Assembly: GCA_965279375.1 (NCBI GenBank)
Contig: OZ257156.1
Coordinates: 1,120,001-1,184,000 of the forward strand
Direction: 5' to 3'
Length of the DNA: 64,000 nucleotides
From: Gemmatimonas sp.
GTDB taxonomy: Bacteria; Gemmatimonadota; Gemmatimonadetes; Gemmatimonadales; Gemmatimonadaceae
Below the pieces are notes generated by a model. It ran no database searches, had not been told where the DNA came from, and was given only the letters and a program-made list of their open reading frames with translations. Every line of letters begins with the position of its first letter. Positions within the stretch are counted from its first letter, which is position 1. The translations under genes and the position numbers were made by a program. Shown here piece after piece: positions 50,077 through 61,410 of the stretch.

Positions 50077-50718
50077 TTAGCGAACCAGCGGCGCGATGAT
50101 GTCCGCGAACGCGGTCCGGGCCCGGTTCAACCGCGACTTCACGGTGCCCAGGTTCACGCCGGTGATTTCGGCGATTTCCTCGTACGACTTCCCCTCGAGC
50201 TCACGCAGCACGAACACCTCACGGTGGTGGCCCGGCAGCTTGCTCACCGACTGCTCCACCATCTCCTTCAGGTGCCGCTTCCGGTACAGGTCGTCCGGGC
50301 GCGTGTGCACGTCCTCGAACTGCAGAGGGCGATCCTCGTCCTCGAACTTGGCCTTGATGGCCTGAAAGAGCACCAGCGGGTTACGCGAGCGGTTGCGCAG
50401 CTCGTTCTTGGCCAGATTCGACGCGATGGTGTAGATCCACGTCGAGAACTTCTTGGAGCGGTCGAAGCGTCCGATGTGGCGGTAAACGCGGATGAAGACT
50501 TCCTGCACCAGGTCTTCTGCGCGGTCACGGTCGCCGATCGTGCGGTAGACGAAGTTGAGCAGGCGCCCCTGATACCGGTCGACCAGCTCTTCGAACGCCC
50601 GCTCCTCGCCATCGAGGAAGGCCGACACGACCTCGCCGTCTTCCAGCGTCCGCAGATGTTCGCGGACCGGGACGGTCTTGGTCTGGTTGGTCAGGTGCGT
50701 ACGAGCCAGTGCGGCCAT
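50077..50718 (-). CDS. ECF RNA polymerase sigma factor (RpoE-like)
   Basis: AEDLVQEVF, FSTWIYTIA.N and SYEEIAEI..GTVKSRLNRAR motifs. Confidence 0.93.
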   Translation of the reverse strand: MAALARTHLTNQTKTVPVREHLRTLEDGEVVSAFLDGEERAFEELVDRYQGRLLNFVYRTIGDRDRAEDLVQEVFIRVYRHIGRFDRSKKFSTWIYTIASNLAKNELRNRSRNPLVLFQAIKAKFEDEDRPLQFEDVHTRPDDLYRKRHLKEMVEQSVSKLPGHHREVFVLRELEGKSYEEIAEITGVNLGTVKSRLNRARTAFADIIAPLVR

Positions 50719-50824
50719 GGGTGAAGCCCTCCTCCTGCGGTGACACGAACCAAGGGGCTCGTGGCGCGTCCAGTCGAGATGCCGGGCGATCCGGCATACC
50801 ATCACGTCGCGCAGGATGTCGTAG

Positions 50825-50841
50825 TGCACACCGCGTGCCGT
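50825..50841 (-). promoter_or_regulatory. sigma54 (-24/-12) promoter candidate upstream of the ECF sigma gene
   Basis: ACGGCACGCGGTGTGCA has GG-N10-GC spacing with a GGCACG core. Confidence 0.45.
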
Positions 50842-51064
50842 TGGGAACCTGACGGAACATTCGCGCGCAAATGAATACGCCACAGCGTGTTAGCTGGATG
50901 CATCCCGCGTCACCCTTCCTCACCGGTCGAGCGCGAGCGACGTCAGCTTCTCGAAAAGAGGACACGCCAAGGGGACACTCCCCCTGTCGTGTTGACGGTC
51001 CTGCTCGTTCTACAACGCCGAGTCCGCTTGGCGGACAGATCCGCTGCGAGACACGGCGCTGCCG

Positions 51065-51613
51065 TCAGCTCATCCGGAAGCCAGCCGCAAAGAGAAGGGC
51101 CAGTGCCGTCTTGGCGTCCTGGATCTCCCCCTGCTCGATCATCGAAAGGGCACGGGAGAGCCGCGTGGGTACGAGCTCCATGAACTCGTCCGCCTCGCGC
51201 GCGCTGGCACCCGCCACCAATCCGGTCGCCAGGAAGAGATGGATCTTCTCGTCCGTGAAGCCCGGGGTGGTGAACATCGTGAACAGCGGTTCGACACGCG
51301 CCGCGCTGTAACCGGTTTCCTCTCGCAATTCACGTCGGGCACAGTCCAGCGGGGATTCCCCCGCATCCAGCCGTCCAGCCGGGATTTCGTACAAATAGCC
51401 GTCCGCCGCGTACCGATACTGCCGGATCAGCAGCACCTCGGGGTCCTCTGCCGTGGTGTCCAGCAGCGGCACAATCGCGCTCGCGCCCGGGTGCCGGATC
51501 ATCTCCAGCGACCCGATCGAGCCATCCGGGAAACGCACCTCATCCACGTCGAGCGAGATCACTCGGCCTTCGTACGCCCGCCGAGTGGAGACTTGCCCCG
51601 GACGCTCGCTCAC
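51065..51613 (-). CDS. NUDIX hydrolase (ADP-ribose pyrophosphatase-like)
   Basis: RQYRY, EIPAG..GESPLDCARRELREETG and DAKT motifs. GTGA overlap with the SET gene. Confidence 0.92.
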   Translation of the reverse strand: MSERPGQVSTRRAYEGRVISLDVDEVRFPDGSIGSLEMIRHPGASAIVPLLDTTAEDPEVLLIRQYRYAADGYLYEIPAGRLDAGESPLDCARRELREETGYSAARVEPLFTMFTTPGFTDEKIHLFLATGLVAGASAREADEFMELVPTRLSRALSMIEQGEIQDAKTALALLFAAGFRMS

Positions 51614-52272
51614 GCGCGCGCCCGCTTGGCGGCCTTCTTGGTCCCGGTCTTCACCGCTTTCTTCGTGCGCTTGGTCGGCGCTTTGCGCGTCAGCTTCTTG
51701 GTGGCCTTCTTTGCCGTCTTCTTCGCCGTCTTCTTGCGCGGCTTCCGCGGCTTGGGGACGTCGTTGCCGGCGAGCCACTGCTTTACCGTCGGCCGCAGAT
51801 AGACCGGCACGCGCAAAATTGTCCCGCGGCACTTGGGCGATCCGCAACGGCAGGCGTAGTAGCGCACATCTTCCGGCTCGTACTCGTCCTGCCACTCGAA
51901 GCGGTAATCGTAGACTAGCTCCGTCTCCGGCTGGATTGCCTTGATCGCCTTGATCCAGATGTGGCCGTCATCGATCACCGTTTCGCAGTTGGGATCGCAT
52001 GCGTGATTGATGAAGCGAGCGTCGCTCCCCTGCTTCCGCGCGTCGAGCACGGTGTCGTCGTCGAGAATGAAGAGGAACGTGTGGTGGCGTCCGTCCGCGT
52101 CATCGTAGCGGCGATCGGCCTCCTCGTGCGTGATCGGCTCGCCCGTGTACTCGTCAATCCGCTGTCCCTTGCGGATGGGGCGGATGCAGAACGCACCGCG
52201 TCCCTGAATTTTCGATCGGCGCACTTCATACAGCGGCGACTTCGACGGCTTGGGCGACTTGGCTGGCGACAC
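51610..52272 (-). CDS. SET-domain protein-lysine methyltransferase with post-SET and Lys/Ala-rich tail
   Basis: GRGAF, EYTGE, RFINHACDPNC, ELVYDY and CRCGSPKCRG motifs. Basic tail of about 50 aa. Confidence 0.93.
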   Translation of the reverse strand: MSPAKSPKPSKSPLYEVRRSKIQGRGAFCIRPIRKGQRIDEYTGEPITHEEADRRYDDADGRHHTFLFILDDDTVLDARKQGSDARFINHACDPNCETVIDDGHIWIKAIKAIQPETELVYDYRFEWQDEYEPEDVRYYACRCGSPKCRGTILRVPVYLRPTVKQWLAGNDVPKPRKPRKKTAKKTAKKATKKLTRKAPTKRTKKAVKTGTKKAAKRARA

Positions 52273-52305
52273 GTGGCGGGTCAGAAGGTGGAATGAATCG
52301 AAAGC

Positions 52306-53745
52306 TCAGGCGACAACGGGCGCAGCGGACGACGCCGTTTCGGCATCGGCCGGATCGTACACCGTCACGGGGCCGAGTCCAAGCGCAGCGAGCGGTTCGC
52401 GGATAACGGATGCGTCACCAACGACGACGACCTGCAGGCGCGCCGGATCGAGATGCGTCTGCGCCACACGCAGGACATCGGCCGCGGTGACCGCTCGCAC
52501 GCGCTCACGATAGTTGTCGAAGTAGTTCGACGGCAGGCGGAAGATTTCCACGTTGGCGAGACCGCCAGCCACTTCGGCCGTCGTTTCGAACCGAATGGGG
52601 AACACGCCCACCAGATAGTCCGTCGCCAACGACAGCTCGGCGTCGGTCACCGGCGCCTCGCGAATGCGCGCGAACTCTATCTGGATTTCACGAAGCGCAT
52701 CGGCGGTGACAGCGGTCTCCACTGCCGTCGAGATCTCGAAGGGACTCGCTGCACGTCGCCAATCGAACGCGGAATGCGCGCCGTACGTGTACGCGTGCAC
52801 TTCGCGCAGGTTGAGATTGAGCCGCGACGAGAAGAGTCCGCCGAGGATCGCGTTCATGACGATGAGCGGGAAGTAGTCATCGTGCAGACGCGGCACGGCC
52901 ACATGTCCGACGCGCAGCTCTGACTGCGGGGCATCGGACTTGTCGATGATATGCACGCGCGGTTCGCGGAAACGCGGCAGGTCGAGTGGCTCGGTGACCT
53001 CTGGCGCCGTGCCCGCCCAGTCGCCGAAGTAGCGCGACGCATGGCGCACCGCGTCATCGACGGTGATGTCACCAACCACCATCAGCGCAGTGGAGTTGGG
53101 GCGATAGAACTGCGAGTGGTACTGCGCCGTGCGGTCATGCGTGATGCGCTCGATGCTTGCTTCGTCGCCGCCGGCAAGTCGCGCGAAGCGCGAATCGCCA
53201 TTGTAGAGCAACCGCGAGAAGAAGACATCGGCGAGTCCGCGCGGTTCGGCGCGCAGCTGCGCGAGATCAGCGAGCCGTTCGGCGCGCAACCGATCGAGTT
53301 CGCTCTCGGGGAATGCGGGGAAGCGCAGCACTTCGGCCAGCACCGCGAACGCGTCTTCCACGCGTGACGCGAGCGACGTGAGTTGCACGATCGCCGAATC
53401 CCAGTCGGCGCCAGTGTCGAGTGTGGTGCCCAGCGTTTCCAGTCGTTCGGCCAACTGCAGCGCATTCATGTCGCGCGTGCCTTCCGCGAGCGCGCGCGTG
53501 GTCATCTGCGCAAGTCCTTCGGCGTCGCGGGGATCGCGGGTCGCGCCGGCTTCCACGACCGCCAGCATCGTCACCACCGGATAGGCCGCCACCGGGGACA
53601 CGATGATGCGCAGGCCATTGGCCAGGATGCGCGTTTCGAACGACGGGAAGTGATACGGACGCGGAGGCGCTGCGTGTGGGCGTGGCGGTGCACCGGCCTT
53701 CATCACCGCGCGCTCGGCGGTCGTGTCACTTGTTGTGTCACTCAT
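52306..53745 (-). CDS. M16B peptidase, non-catalytic subunit
   Basis: M16 fold motifs (LANGL, ILGGLFSSRLNLNLRE) but no HxxEH. Confidence 0.88.
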   Translation of the reverse strand: MSDTTSDTTAERAVMKAGAPPRPHAAPPRPYHFPSFETRILANGLRIIVSPVAAYPVVTMLAVVEAGATRDPRDAEGLAQMTTRALAEGTRDMNALQLAERLETLGTTLDTGADWDSAIVQLTSLASRVEDAFAVLAEVLRFPAFPESELDRLRAERLADLAQLRAEPRGLADVFFSRLLYNGDSRFARLAGGDEASIERITHDRTAQYHSQFYRPNSTALMVVGDITVDDAVRHASRYFGDWAGTAPEVTEPLDLPRFREPRVHIIDKSDAPQSELRVGHVAVPRLHDDYFPLIVMNAILGGLFSSRLNLNLREVHAYTYGAHSAFDWRRAASPFEISTAVETAVTADALREIQIEFARIREAPVTDAELSLATDYLVGVFPIRFETTAEVAGGLANVEIFRLPSNYFDNYRERVRAVTAADVLRVAQTHLDPARLQVVVVGDASVIREPLAALGLGPVTVYDPADAETASSAAPVVA

Positions 53746-55055
53746 GCGCCCACCTCAACGCCTTCGTGCGACGATTCCGCGTCGGCCGTTTCTTCGGCGG
53801 GCACGAACAGCAACAGTGCCCGATTGTCCGGGCCGAGTCGCTCGCGCACGAGCGCGGTCACATCGGCGGCGGTGACTTGCTGATAGCGCGCGACCTGTTC
53901 GTTGGCGAGAGAGGCGTCTCCAAAATAGGTCGCAAAGCGCGAAAGCTGATCGGCGCGTTCCGCGGCGGACTGCAGGCTGGTCACGAAGCTCGTTTCGATG
54001 AGCGCGCGCGCACGGGCGACCTCCGCCTCGGTCACGCCGTTGGTGTGGAGCAGATCGAGTTCGGCGAGCACGGCGCGTTCGAGGGCGTCCGGTGTCACAT
54101 CAGGGTGCGCGGTGACGTCCACCACCAACAGATCGCTGCCCTTGGCGAGATCATAGGTGAATGCCGTGGCTTGCGAGGCAACACGTTGTCCGCGCACGAG
54201 TGATTGCTCGAGTCGGCAGCCGGTGCGCAGTCCCAGGACCGCCGCGGCCAGACTTGCGGCGTAGTAGCCATCGGTCCCAAAGACCGGTGTGCGACAGGCG
54301 ACGAGCAGTCGAGGTAGCGCCACCGCATCGGCTACCACTTCGCGTAGGGTCGTTCCAAAAACGGGGGTTACTGACATATCGCGCAGCGGCGGGCGCGCAC
54401 TGCCGGCGGCGATCGGACCGAAGTACTCCTCGATCAGCCGCATGGCCTCGGTGCGCTCGAAATCACCAGCGATGGTGAGCACTGCGTTGTCTGGCGTGTA
54501 GTACGTGCTGAAAAACTCCGCCACGTCTTCGAGCGACGCGTCCGAGAGATGCTCCATCGAACCGATCAGCGAGTGATGGAACGGATGGCCTTCGGGGAAG
54601 CAGAGTGCGGGGAGGCGCTCCCACCACGTGCCGTAGGGCTGGTTGTCGACCGACCAGCGCCGCTCGTTCTTGACCACGTCGCGTTGCGTGTCGAGCTTCA
54701 CTTGCGTCAGCGCAGGGAGCATGCGTCCCATGCGGTCCGCTTCCAGCCAGAGCGCAATCGCGAGTTGGTTGGAGGGCAGTGTTTCGTAGTAGTTTGTCCG
54801 ATCGAGCCACGTCGAACCATTGAGCGTACCGCCGGCCCGCTGCACCAGTTCGAAATGTTCGTTCGCCTCGACGTTCGCCGAACCCTGAAACAGCATGTGT
54901 TCGAACAGATGGGCAAAGCCGGTTCGCTCTGGACGTTCGTTCGCCGAACCGACGTGATACCACAAGTTGACCGCGACGATCGGCGCTGTGTGATCTTGGG
55001 AAAGCACCACATGCAGGCCGTTCGGGAGGCGGTAGCTCTCGACAGGAATGCGCAT
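53742..55055 (-). CDS. M16B zinc peptidase, catalytic subunit
   Basis: GFAHLFEHMLF, RTNYYE and VVKNERR motifs. Confidence 0.92.
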   Translation of the reverse strand: MRIPVESYRLPNGLHVVLSQDHTAPIVAVNLWYHVGSANERPERTGFAHLFEHMLFQGSANVEANEHFELVQRAGGTLNGSTWLDRTNYYETLPSNQLAIALWLEADRMGRMLPALTQVKLDTQRDVVKNERRWSVDNQPYGTWWERLPALCFPEGHPFHHSLIGSMEHLSDASLEDVAEFFSTYYTPDNAVLTIAGDFERTEAMRLIEEYFGPIAAGSARPPLRDMSVTPVFGTTLREVVADAVALPRLLVACRTPVFGTDGYYAASLAAAVLGLRTGCRLEQSLVRGQRVASQATAFTYDLAKGSDLLVVDVTAHPDVTPDALERAVLAELDLLHTNGVTEAEVARARALIETSFVTSLQSAAERADQLSRFATYFGDASLANEQVARYQQVTAADVTALVRERLGPDNRALLLFVPAEETADAESSHEGVEVGA

Positions 55056-55207
55056 GACCCAATATTGGTAGTGGGGTCACGAACGCCGTAAGCCCGTTGC
55101 AAAATCCTGCGACATCTGGCACCGCTTCATGTCGCCAGGCGACGCGTGACCACCGTGCGCCGTTCCGCTGTCCGCCTTTTCGCGCGACTCCCTTCGAAGC
55201 TCTGCAC

Positions 55208-57055
55208 ATGCCTGCCTCCATCGCACGCCGCCCCGTCCGTCTGCGTCATGCCACTCTGCTCCTCGCGTGTGCCGTCATCGGTACGGCGTGCGGTGACGAC
55301 CGGCAGGTGCCCACCACGGCGGCGCCCACGACGTCGCTGACGTCCACCGCAGTCGTCGCCAGCGGCGTTGCCGCGATCCCAACGGTCAAGATCCTCGATG
55401 CCAAGGGCAAGGCGATCAAGAACGTCATGGTGCGCTGGCGCGTTACCGCGGGCGGCGGGCGCGTGGTCAACGACTCCATCCGCACATCGCCCGCCGGCGA
55501 AGCCAGCTCCGGTGGCTGGACGCTGGGCGTTGTGGCCGGCACGCAGACGCTGCAGGCCACCGCCGACGGCATCAGTGCGCCGGTGACGTTCGTCGCCGAC
55601 GCTGCCGCCGGACCGCCAGCACGCGTGGTCCGCACCAACGGCGACGCGCAGCAAGCCGTCGTCAACACCAACACCAGCGTCGCTCCCGCCGCACGCGTGG
55701 AAGACGAGTTCGGCAATCCGGTCGCGTCGGTCGCCGTCTCCTTCAGCGCGGGTGAGGGCGGCTCCATCACCGGCGCGACGCAGACCACCAACGCACAGGG
55801 TGTGGCCACTGCCGGCGGCTGGAAGCTGGGCACGGCCGCGGGCGCGCAAACGGCGCGCGCCACGGTCACCAACGTGGGACAGGCCACCTTCACGGCGACG
55901 GCGATTCCCGGACCACCGGCGGATCTCGTCAAAGCCGGTGGCGACAATCAGGCGGGACTCAACAACGCCGCGATCTCCACGCCGCCCGGTGTCCGTGTCG
56001 TCGATCAGTTCAACAATCCGATCGGCAACATTCCCATCACCTTCACGCCGGGCGCGAACTCCGGCACCGTGACCGGCGGCGTCGCTGCCACGGATCCCGC
56101 CACGGGCGTTGCCTTTGTGGGGGCGTGGGTGCTGGGCGATTCGCCGACGCAGACGCTCGTCGCCGCGAGCAGCCTGCTCCCGGGCAAGACGGTGACCTTC
56201 ACAGCCGCGGCCACGATCTCGCTCTTCAACATCGATCTGCGCTTCATCGGCGACGGCGGCACTCCACGTCAGCGCGAAGCCTTCACCAAGGCTGCCGCCA
56301 AGTGGCGCAAGATCATCGTCGGCCATGTGCATGACGTGCGCATCAACGCCACCGCCGGCCGCTGTGCGTCGTGGATTCCGGCCATCGATGAAGTCATCAG
56401 CGATGTGATCATCTACGCGCGGATCACCTCCATCGACGGCGCCGGCAAGATTCTCGCGCAGGCCGGACCGTGCAGCGTCAGCACCGCGTCGCGGCTCTCG
56501 CTGTACGGACTGATGGAGTTCGACCTCGACGACATGCCATCGCTGCTGGCCAACGGCACGATCGACGACGTCGTGCTGCACGAGATGGGACACGTGCTCG
56601 GCGTTGGCACGCTGTGGAACGGATTTGGACGTGCGCTGCTCACGGGCGCCGGCACGGCGGATCCGTTCTTCAACGGCGCCGGTGCGCGCGCCGAGTTCGC
56701 GGGCATCGGCGGCATCATCTACTCCGGCACGCCAGTCCCGGTCGAGAACACCGGTGGCGCTGGTACGCGTGACAGCCACTGGCGCAATTCGCTCTTCGGC
56801 CGAGAGCTCATGCAGGGCTTCGCGTCGGCCGGCGGCATGCCGCTCAGCCGGCTCACCGCCGCGTCGCTCGCTGACCTGGGCTACATCGTCGCGCTCAACA
56901 ACGCGGACACGTTCCGCTTTGCCGGATCACTGCGCGATGGCTTCTTCCCGCAGACGATGCTCGACAACGACGTGCTGAACCTGCCCATCTACGAAGTGGA
57001 CGGCACCGGTCGCGAACGCCCGTCGCGCAACGCACCAGCGGTTCGCAAACCGTAG
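55208..57055 (+). CDS. Ig-like-domain lipoprotein with leishmanolysin-like (M8) zinc metallopeptidase
   Basis: Lipobox GTAC, three Ig-like repeats and HEMGHVLG...ENTGG.GT..SHW...ELM...ADLGY. Confidence 0.85.
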   Translation: MPASIARRPVRLRHATLLLACAVIGTACGDDRQVPTTAAPTTSLTSTAVVASGVAAIPTVKILDAKGKAIKNVMVRWRVTAGGGRVVNDSIRTSPAGEASSGGWTLGVVAGTQTLQATADGISAPVTFVADAAAGPPARVVRTNGDAQQAVVNTNTSVAPAARVEDEFGNPVASVAVSFSAGEGGSITGATQTTNAQGVATAGGWKLGTAAGAQTARATVTNVGQATFTATAIPGPPADLVKAGGDNQAGLNNAAISTPPGVRVVDQFNNPIGNIPITFTPGANSGTVTGGVAATDPATGVAFVGAWVLGDSPTQTLVAASSLLPGKTVTFTAAATISLFNIDLRFIGDGGTPRQREAFTKAAAKWRKIIVGHVHDVRINATAGRCASWIPAIDEVISDVIIYARITSIDGAGKILAQAGPCSVSTASRLSLYGLMEFDLDDMPSLLANGTIDDVVLHEMGHVLGVGTLWNGFGRALLTGAGTADPFFNGAGARAEFAGIGGIIYSGTPVPVENTGGAGTRDSHWRNSLFGRELMQGFASAGGMPLSRLTAASLADLGYIVALNNADTFRFAGSLRDGFFPQTMLDNDVLNLPIYEVDGTGRERPSRNAPAVRKP

Positions 57056-57181
57056 CCAGCGGTTGCTGTCGCGGAAGCGTCCAGACGGCGCCTCTCCGCA
57101 CAGCACGACGCAGCCACGCAGGCTGCAGCCACGCGCGACGTGGCGACGCGCCCCCAACCTCGACGCGATCCGGTTTCGTGA

Positions 57182-57892
57182 TCAGCCGTCGGCGTTGGGG
57201 GCGCTGCTGTGTCCGTTGAGGTGCAGCCAGAGCAACAGCGCAAGATCCGCCGGCAATGCGATCGACTCGCGCAGGATGTACTCGATTGCGACGGATCGGT
57301 TGGCCGAGATCGGACTCGTGCGCGTAGGCGACGAGAGCGGATCGAGTCCATGCAATCGCGCCAACAGATCGAGCCGCAGCATGTGGAACGGATCGCTGAC
57401 CAATAACACACGCGGCCGATCGCGCATCGCGCCGATGTCGTTGCCGCCTGCCGCTCCACGTCGCGCGCGCAACGAGTCATGTTCCGCACGCAACAGCACC
57501 GCGGCACCGTGGATGGACGCGAGCGACGTGCGACCGGTCTTCTCGAGGAGAATTGCGCCGTTGGGCACACCACGCCGCATCACATAGCGGCGACCGGCGG
57601 CCGCTTCACTCAGCAGATCGCCCTGCCGCTGACCACCGGTCAGCACGATGCGCGGAGCCCGCGCATGCTGCCACAGATCGAGTGCGTGATCGAGCCGGGC
57701 GCTCAGCACGCGCGACGGACGACCGCTGTACTGCGCCGCTCCCAGCACCACGATCGCGTCGGCCTTGCCATCCGACGAACGCAGCGACCAACCGACGATC
57801 GCCGCGAGACAAACGACCCAACCCGTGATCAGGAGGGCGAGCGCGCGCATGGCGAAGCTGCGTAGTCCACCGCGCGAAGCTCGTCGAGACAT
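57182..57892 (-). CDS. YdcF/DUF218 (ElyC/SanA-like) protein
   Basis: AIVVLGA, RLDHA, TGG, SEA, VSDPFHMLR and LRE motifs. Confidence 0.88.
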   Translation of the reverse strand: MSRRASRGGLRSFAMRALALLITGWVVCLAAIVGWSLRSSDGKADAIVVLGAAQYSGRPSRVLSARLDHALDLWQHARAPRIVLTGGQRQGDLLSEAAAGRRYVMRRGVPNGAILLEKTGRTSLASIHGAAVLLRAEHDSLRARRGAAGGNDIGAMRDRPRVLLVSDPFHMLRLDLLARLHGLDPLSSPTRTSPISANRSVAIEYILRESIALPADLALLLWLHLNGHSSAPNADG

Positions 57893-57915
57893 GATGAGCG
57901 CAAGTTAGTGGACGG

Positions 57916-59313
57916 TCAGATGGTGCGCACATCCCCCGGCGCGGGCGCATCCACCGTGTACCCACCGCCACGCAGCGACTCGGCAAATGCCTCCTGCGAC
58001 GCGCGCTCGCCGTGCACCAGATGCACGCGTGGCTGTCCACGTCCGTCCTTCACTCCACCTGCGCGGACCTCGTCCAGCCAATGGCGCAGCTCGGTACGAT
58101 CACCATGCGCGCTATAGCCGTTCAGTACCTCCACCTGCGCGGCCAACTCCACGTCGTCCCCCAGCACGCGCAACAGCGGGCGTCGTTCGACGATGCGACG
58201 GCCAAGCGTATGCTCCGCCTGGAAGCCCACGATCAGAATCGTGTTGCGCGGATCGCTGGCGCCATTGCGCAGGTGATGCAGAATGCGCCCAGACTCCGCC
58301 ATCCCGGAGGCCGCGATGATGATCATCGGACCGTGCGCCGCGTTGAGCGCTTTCGATTCGCGCACGTCGCGCGTGAATCGCACCAGCGGAAACGCAAACA
58401 GATCCGGCGTCTCGCGCACTAACGCCTCGCTGCGATCGTACACCTCGGGGTGCATCGCGAATACGTCGGTGGCATTGATGGCCAGCGGCGAATCGACGAT
58501 CACCGGAATGCTGGGGATCTTTCCTTCGCGCAACAGCGCGTGCAGATCGTACACGAGTTCCTGCGTGCGTCCCACCGCAAACGCCGGAATGAGAATGCGC
58601 CCACCGCGCGCCGCCGTTTCGCGCACCACGCGGGCGAGATGCTCACGCGCGCCTTCCACCGATTCGTGATCGCGATCGCCGTAGGTGGACTCACACAGAA
58701 TCACGTCGGCCCCACCGCCGGGCGCCTCGGGATCGCGAATGATCGGCAGCCCCGATCGTCCGATGTCGCCGGAGAAAACGATGCGCTTCATCTCGTTCCC
58801 TTCCCGCGCTTCGATTACCACGCAGGCCGAACCGAGGATGTGCCCCGCGTCGGTGTACATCGCGCGCACGCCGTCGGTGACGTTGAACCATTTGTGGTAC
58901 GGCATGCCGACGATGCACTCCTGAGTGCGAGTCGCGTCGGCCATCGTGTAGAGCGGTGCGGCATGCGGCCGGCCGTGTCGCTCGAGAAAATCGGCGTCCT
59001 TTTCCTGGATATGCGCCGAGTCGGCGAGCATGACGGCGCAGAGGTCACGCGTGGCGGCGGTCGACCAGATGGTTTGCTTGAAGCCCTGATTCACCAAAAA
59101 GGGCAGGCGGCCAGCGTGGTCGATGTGCGCATGGGACAGAATCACCGCATCGATTTCATCGATCGGGAGCGGCAGGCGCGCGTTCTTGTCGCGGCTTTCG
59201 GCGCGTCGTCCCTGAAACATCCCGCAATCGAGAAGTACGGTGCGTGTCCCAACACGCAGGATGTGGCACGATCCGGTGACTTCCTGTGCGGCACCGCTGA
59301 ACTCGATCTGCAC
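57916..59313 (-). CDS. Metallo-beta-lactamase / beta-CASP ribonuclease
   Basis: GAAQEVTGS, SHAHIDH, AGHILGS, FSGD, ESTYG, SAHGD and VHGE motifs. Confidence 0.92.
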   Translation of the reverse strand: MQIEFSGAAQEVTGSCHILRVGTRTVLLDCGMFQGRRAESRDKNARLPLPIDEIDAVILSHAHIDHAGRLPFLVNQGFKQTIWSTAATRDLCAVMLADSAHIQEKDADFLERHGRPHAAPLYTMADATRTQECIVGMPYHKWFNVTDGVRAMYTDAGHILGSACVVIEAREGNEMKRIVFSGDIGRSGLPIIRDPEAPGGGADVILCESTYGDRDHESVEGAREHLARVVRETAARGGRILIPAFAVGRTQELVYDLHALLREGKIPSIPVIVDSPLAINATDVFAMHPEVYDRSEALVRETPDLFAFPLVRFTRDVRESKALNAAHGPMIIIAASGMAESGRILHHLRNGASDPRNTILIVGFQAEHTLGRRIVERRPLLRVLGDDVELAAQVEVLNGYSAHGDRTELRHWLDEVRAGGVKDGRGQPRVHLVHGERASQEAFAESLRGGGYTVDAPAPGDVRTI

Positions 59314-59343
59314 TCCGCCTCCATCTGGTGGGAGGCGCGAGAC

Positions 59344-59673
59344 TCAGACGCTCAACAGTTTCTGCTGCGCCTCGAGCTGTGCCTCAATTCGTCCGCACAT
59401 GAGGTCGCACAGCTTGAGGACGGTGCGATCGGCGAGGGCATAATACACAAAGAGCCCTTCCTTGCGTCGCTTTACAAAGCCGAGCGCATGCAAAACCTGC
59501 AAGTGCTTGGAGACGTTCGCCTGCCCTAGGCCCGTCTCTTCGACCAGCTCGTTGACCGACATTTCGCGCGACTGCAGCGCCGTGAGCAGTTGCAGCCGTG
59601 CGGGTTCCGAGAGCGCCTTGAAGCGTTCCGCGATCATTCGAAGCACATCGGCAGAGAGCGGCGTCCGCCCCAT
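59344..59673 (-). CDS. ArsR/SmtB-family transcriptional regulator
   Basis: FKALSEPARL, QANVSKHL and RRKEG..VYY motifs. Confidence 0.92.
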   Translation of the reverse strand: MGRTPLSADVLRMIAERFKALSEPARLQLLTALQSREMSVNELVEETGLGQANVSKHLQVLHALGFVKRRKEGLFVYYALADRTVLKLCDLMCGRIEAQLEAQQKLLSV

Positions 59674-59829
59674 AGTCAGCCATCCCTCACGCAGTCGTCA
59701 TCGCGCAAACGTCCGACTGGGAACCGTCGCGGTCCCGCACGAAAGAGGGACAGGGCAACGTAGCGACTCGACGAACTCGTGTGCAGTAGCCTCCCTCACG
59801 CCAAGTGCTAAGAATTTCAACTGAGAACT

Positions 59830-61404
<1,575 letters not shown>

Positions 61405-61410
61405 ACGTTG

